Shown here one piece after another: positions 60,201 through 64,000 of a stretch of 64,000 nt of DNA. The position numbers and the translations under genes were made by a program. Every line of letters begins with the position of its first letter. The first letter of the stretch is position 1. The notes below the pieces were generated by a model, which was not told the DNA's origin, searched no databases, and worked only from the letters and a program-made list of their open reading frames with translations. The stretch is from NCBI GenBank assembly GCA_010909165.1, contig MU008167.1, positions 1,116,001 to 1,180,000 on the forward strand. Direction: 5' to 3'. The DNA is from Anthoceros angustus. Its lineage: Eukaryota; Plantae; Anthocerotophyta.

Positions 60201-62824
60201 ACTCACGAGATGTCCTGTTCATGGAAGACATGCGGCGCCCTTCTTGATGGGAGCATGAACCCCGAGTTCCCCAATCGCACACGGAGGGGCCGATGAGGCG
60301 ACATCGACCCTCCGCCCCCACCCACTCCTCCACCGTCCCTCACCAACTCCTCCACCCCCTGCGGCCTCCCCCACCCCTACACCTGGCTCGCGCTCGGCCA
60401 CAATCGACATCCTCTTTGGGGACTTGACATTCCAGTGGCGGTCACTCACCATCAACGCCTCGGACTCCAGCGGCGCCATCGCCTCGGGCGGCAGGGGACC
60501 CGGCGAGCTCGGCAGCGGCCCACAGGGCGGGCTCGCATCACGGCCTCGCGGCGCGCTCCCACGCGCCAGCGGCCGCATGGCGGACCCATGGCCGCCTCGG
60601 CAGCTCCATGGCGGCAGTGCACCGCCCCTCCCCGGCGCGCGCGACCCCGGCCCCGCCTCGGGCGCTTCTCACCCACGCGCGCCTCGGGATCGAGCCGCCA
60701 CCATGGCGCACTCAGGCGCCCGGCACCGGCCGCCAGCGACCAGCGCCTCTCTCACGATCCTCCACCGAACTCGCCTCCTCGGCTCTCCTTCTCGACCCAC
60801 GGGTTCTTCACCGTATAATACTTCAAGCAATTTTATCCGGCACTCCAAAGGCAAGTAGAAATATTTATGACGCTTATCCTATTTCGGATATTCCAAATAT
60901 ACCAGATAATGCCGGATCTGAAGACCTCGACTTCGATGACACTATGGACGATATGCCACAACAACCTGATAGCACTAACGACACTAGGGGAAGACGCTCT
61001 CAGCGCACCAATGCCGGTAAAATACGGAGGTACTCCCCTACTAACTGGAGAGACCCTAAAAACACTTTAGCTTATTGCCTTACCGCAGCTATAGATCGGT
61101 TGTTCCCTACCTATCGATGCCATCACTTGCCCGTAAAAGGAGAACTGGAAGGCCATCGGTCGATTAGATTCATTAAGAGCTAATAAAACTTGGAAACTAA
61201 CCACATTACCTAAGGGTAGGAAGTTAGTTGGCTCTAAGTGGACCTTTAAGATTAAACTAACGCAGATGGCGAATAGAGATACAAAGCCATTAGTCGCCAA
61301 AGGGTACTCGTGAAACACGGTTTACTACAGACTTTTAGCCCGGTACTCAAAATTACCTCCTTAAGGATCCTAATGGCCTTAGTGCTCACCATGATTATGA
61401 GTTGATGCACTAGATATTAAAAGACATTCCTCTCTCGATCTCAAACACAAGATCTACATGGAAATACAAGGTATACAAGTTAATAACAATGAGTTTAATG
61501 CATGAATTATTAAAGGCACTACGGACTCGAGACAAAGTGCTCTTGAATGGTATGACAAATTAGACACTACCCTTGGGACCTAGGCTTCACCAGTTAAGCT
61601 CGATAGTAATATCTATATCAATAGGCAAAATGGTCACTTCATTGTTCTAGGAGTCTACGTCGTCGGCATAATATCTAAACTCAAAGCAAGTCCTAGAAAA
61701 CACTGCAAGATGCTCGTGGCGGTTCTCAATGACCACATGCCGTGAGCTTTCCTTTGTCTAGGGATTCAAATTGTTAGAGATAGAAAGGCTAGAAGTCTAT
61801 TTATTCATCAATCTAAATATATACAAGAGATTTTAGTTAAGTACAAAATGATAGATTCTAAGCCTATAGCCACTCCTATGGAGACTAACCAAAAGCTAAC
61901 CGAGGATGATGATGATGATCAACATGAGGCAAATGACTACTGACGAAGCGGTGCCCTACTCTTCCGCTCTCGGGCGTGATGTATTGATGGTGCACTGACC
62001 CGGACCTTACATTTTCAGCTTTATCTAAGTTCTTATCCGCTCCTACTCAAGCTCATTGGAAGGCACTAAAGAGGATCTTTTAGGTACTTAAGAGCAACCT
62101 CGGTCTGGACTGCTCTACCACTCTCGGATCCAAGAGGACCAACATCTACAACTCGAGGCGTTCGGCGATTGGGCTGGAGACAACGAAAGAGCATAAGCGG
62201 CTATGTTTTCTTACTTGGCGGAACGCAACAAGGAGCGACAACACAACAGTTGCACACGCTCAGCGAGTATTGCTCTTTAACCCACGCGTGCAAGGAAGGA
62301 CTTTGGCGCTTTATGAGCTAGCCGAACTAGGAGAAATTCAACAAATACCAAGACCTTTGCTGCGACAACGGTGCCATATCGCTAACATACTCCAAGTTCC
62401 ATGCTCGAACTAAGCATGTGGAGGTACAATTTCACTTTATAAGACAAGTAGTTAGCGATGGCAAATTCTCCGTGCTTTACGCCCAACCGAGCAGATGACG
62501 ACGTGCTCACCAAGGCACTCAGCAAAGTGAAGCACCAGGAACACTCCTTTAACATGGGGCTAAGAAGCATCATATATTCAATAGCTATAGCACCTAAGAG
62601 CTAGACGCTAAGTGGGGAGTGTTAACGCATATAGCATACTAGCCCTTAGGGCACGCTTCAGAATATTAAGTTAAGTAGAACTGAACGGGCATACCTAGTA
62701 TGAACCGACACGGACAACGAGATAGAACGCTTGGGCAAAGCCCATAATGTAACACGCACATTTGCTCAAGCTTAATGCAATCCACGATGCAGCAATCTCA
62801 TGATTGTCTCCATCCATATTCACA
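57297..62824 (+). mobile_element. Full-length Ty1/copia LTR retrotransposon
   Basis: LTRs 57297-57502 and 62620-62824 (TG...CA); 5-bp TSD GAAAG (57292-57296, 62825-62829); PPT agtggggag; gag (TAAEAWQQL), protease (WYIDS), integrase (LWHARLGH, CDAC, LVHTDLCGP), RT and RNase H remnants in copia order. Confidence 0.95.
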
Positions 62825-63527
62825 GAAAGTGCGTCTTTTATCAAAGGTATGGGCTCAGAAAGGGTGTGCGCATTATCAAAGTAGGGCAGATATGCTGTTG
62901 CAGGAAGGGTGTACATCGTGACAAGAGGGTGCTGCATCTAGGCCAGCTGGACATCCTCAATCCCGACTGAAGTTTACCGTCTTGAGCGCCTCTTGATACA
63001 AGAGTCGGACTAATGGCCTCGTTACCTCTTCTTTCAAAAATCAACGGCTCTCTTCTCTAGTCATCTCTGGTGCTTCTGTGAACATGGCGGCTTGTTCTGT
63101 TGTTTTCTAAGGTGACATGTTCTGCCTAGTGTTCTCAAAAGCTCATGTTCATGCGCAAAGAATAAGATCTTTTCTTCCTTTGATTATTTTAACTATCTTT
63201 TAGTTTGATATTTCCACAGGCCATGCAAGGTCGCATGCTTTTGGCGTCACTGTAGAATGGGGGTTTTTTTTTTTTCTGGTGATCTAGACGCAGGATACGC
63301 TTAGATGATATGAGTCCTATAGAAGAATGAGTGAAGTAATTTTTTACTACAAAAAAAAAGTTTTTGATTCTCTTTAACTGATCTGAGACTGATTTGCCTT
63401 CATTGTCACATTACTGCACCCGTAGGAAAGACGCTTGGGCAATCAAACGTTGCTTAAAGATCTAGCCCAGAAGTTCCCCATGTTGTTTCAGGGGTACAGG
63501 GATCGTGGATCGTGTCTTACTGTAGTG

Positions 63528-63612
63528 GGGAGCCTCTGCTGGGGCATATTCGTCTCAGACAATAGTGTCTTCGTTGTGCTGTATCATACTCTTGTACCGG
63601 GCTTCTCATAAG
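63528..63612 (-). repeat. Inverted copy of a locally dispersed ~90-bp motif
   Basis: Reverse complement matches ~30290-30416, ~37873-37944 and ~40780-40846 (gaagccaggta...gtctgagacgaatatgccc). Confidence 0.75.
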
Positions 63613-64000
63613 AAGAAGAAGAAGAAGAATTTTATTTGAGTCTACTAAGGACGGATTTCCGTCATGGGACTGAAATATGATAACTGCATAGATTGCGGTA
63701 AACTGGTTTGGACTAATGTAAAGATAAAATTTAAGCAAGACAAATAATCTTCAATCAATCAACAATGTCAATGAAATTGCGTGAACGAGGGCCAAACACT
63801 ATCAATTCATCCCCACGAAAGAAAGCCACTTGACCTGCAGCACGAGCTGCTCTTGAAAGCGGGTAACTTCTTCTTCTTAGTCTTCCATTGCAATGGTGTA
63901 AAATCCTCATCGATATATAACTAAGTTGTCCGTAACATAGACCTAACCTTCATAACCTGGAGGCGATCATCCATAGAAAAAAAAAATCATAATCAATATG

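Noticed and set aside
60300-60860. GC-rich overlapping ORFs
   Set aside because: They lie in the Pro-rich integrase-RT linker of the copia element, in apparently low-quality sequence.

Overview
Eukaryotic land-plant nuclear DNA. The compact, gene-dense layout with roughly 80-150 bp introns suggests a non-seed plant such as a hornwort or other bryophyte (inference only). Intact genes: intronless symplekin, 8-exon GTPase Der/EngA, a haspin-like probable pseudokinase, a bacterial/cyanobacterial-type YciH/SUI1 factor with a plastid-like transit peptide, FtsHi4, HSBP with a U12 AT-AC intron, two BACK-SPRY paralogues (one with BTB, one without), and a secreted GNA/bulb lectin. Neprosin and F-box genes appear disrupted. 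Transposable elements: a full-length copia with LTRs, PPT and TSD, a CCC-terminal CACTA-like element, a pogo-like MITE, and LTR remnants. The most striking unexplained structure is a recurring set of 'patchwork' segments built from internally deleted, scrambled or inverted DNA-level fragments of neighbouring genes (SUI1+FtsHi4; HSBP+Der+lectin+SPRY). Two near-identical tandem duplications (about 2.9 kb and 1.85 kb) and the copia interior carry indel patterns typical of long-read consensus errors, so frameshift calls in those regions need caution.
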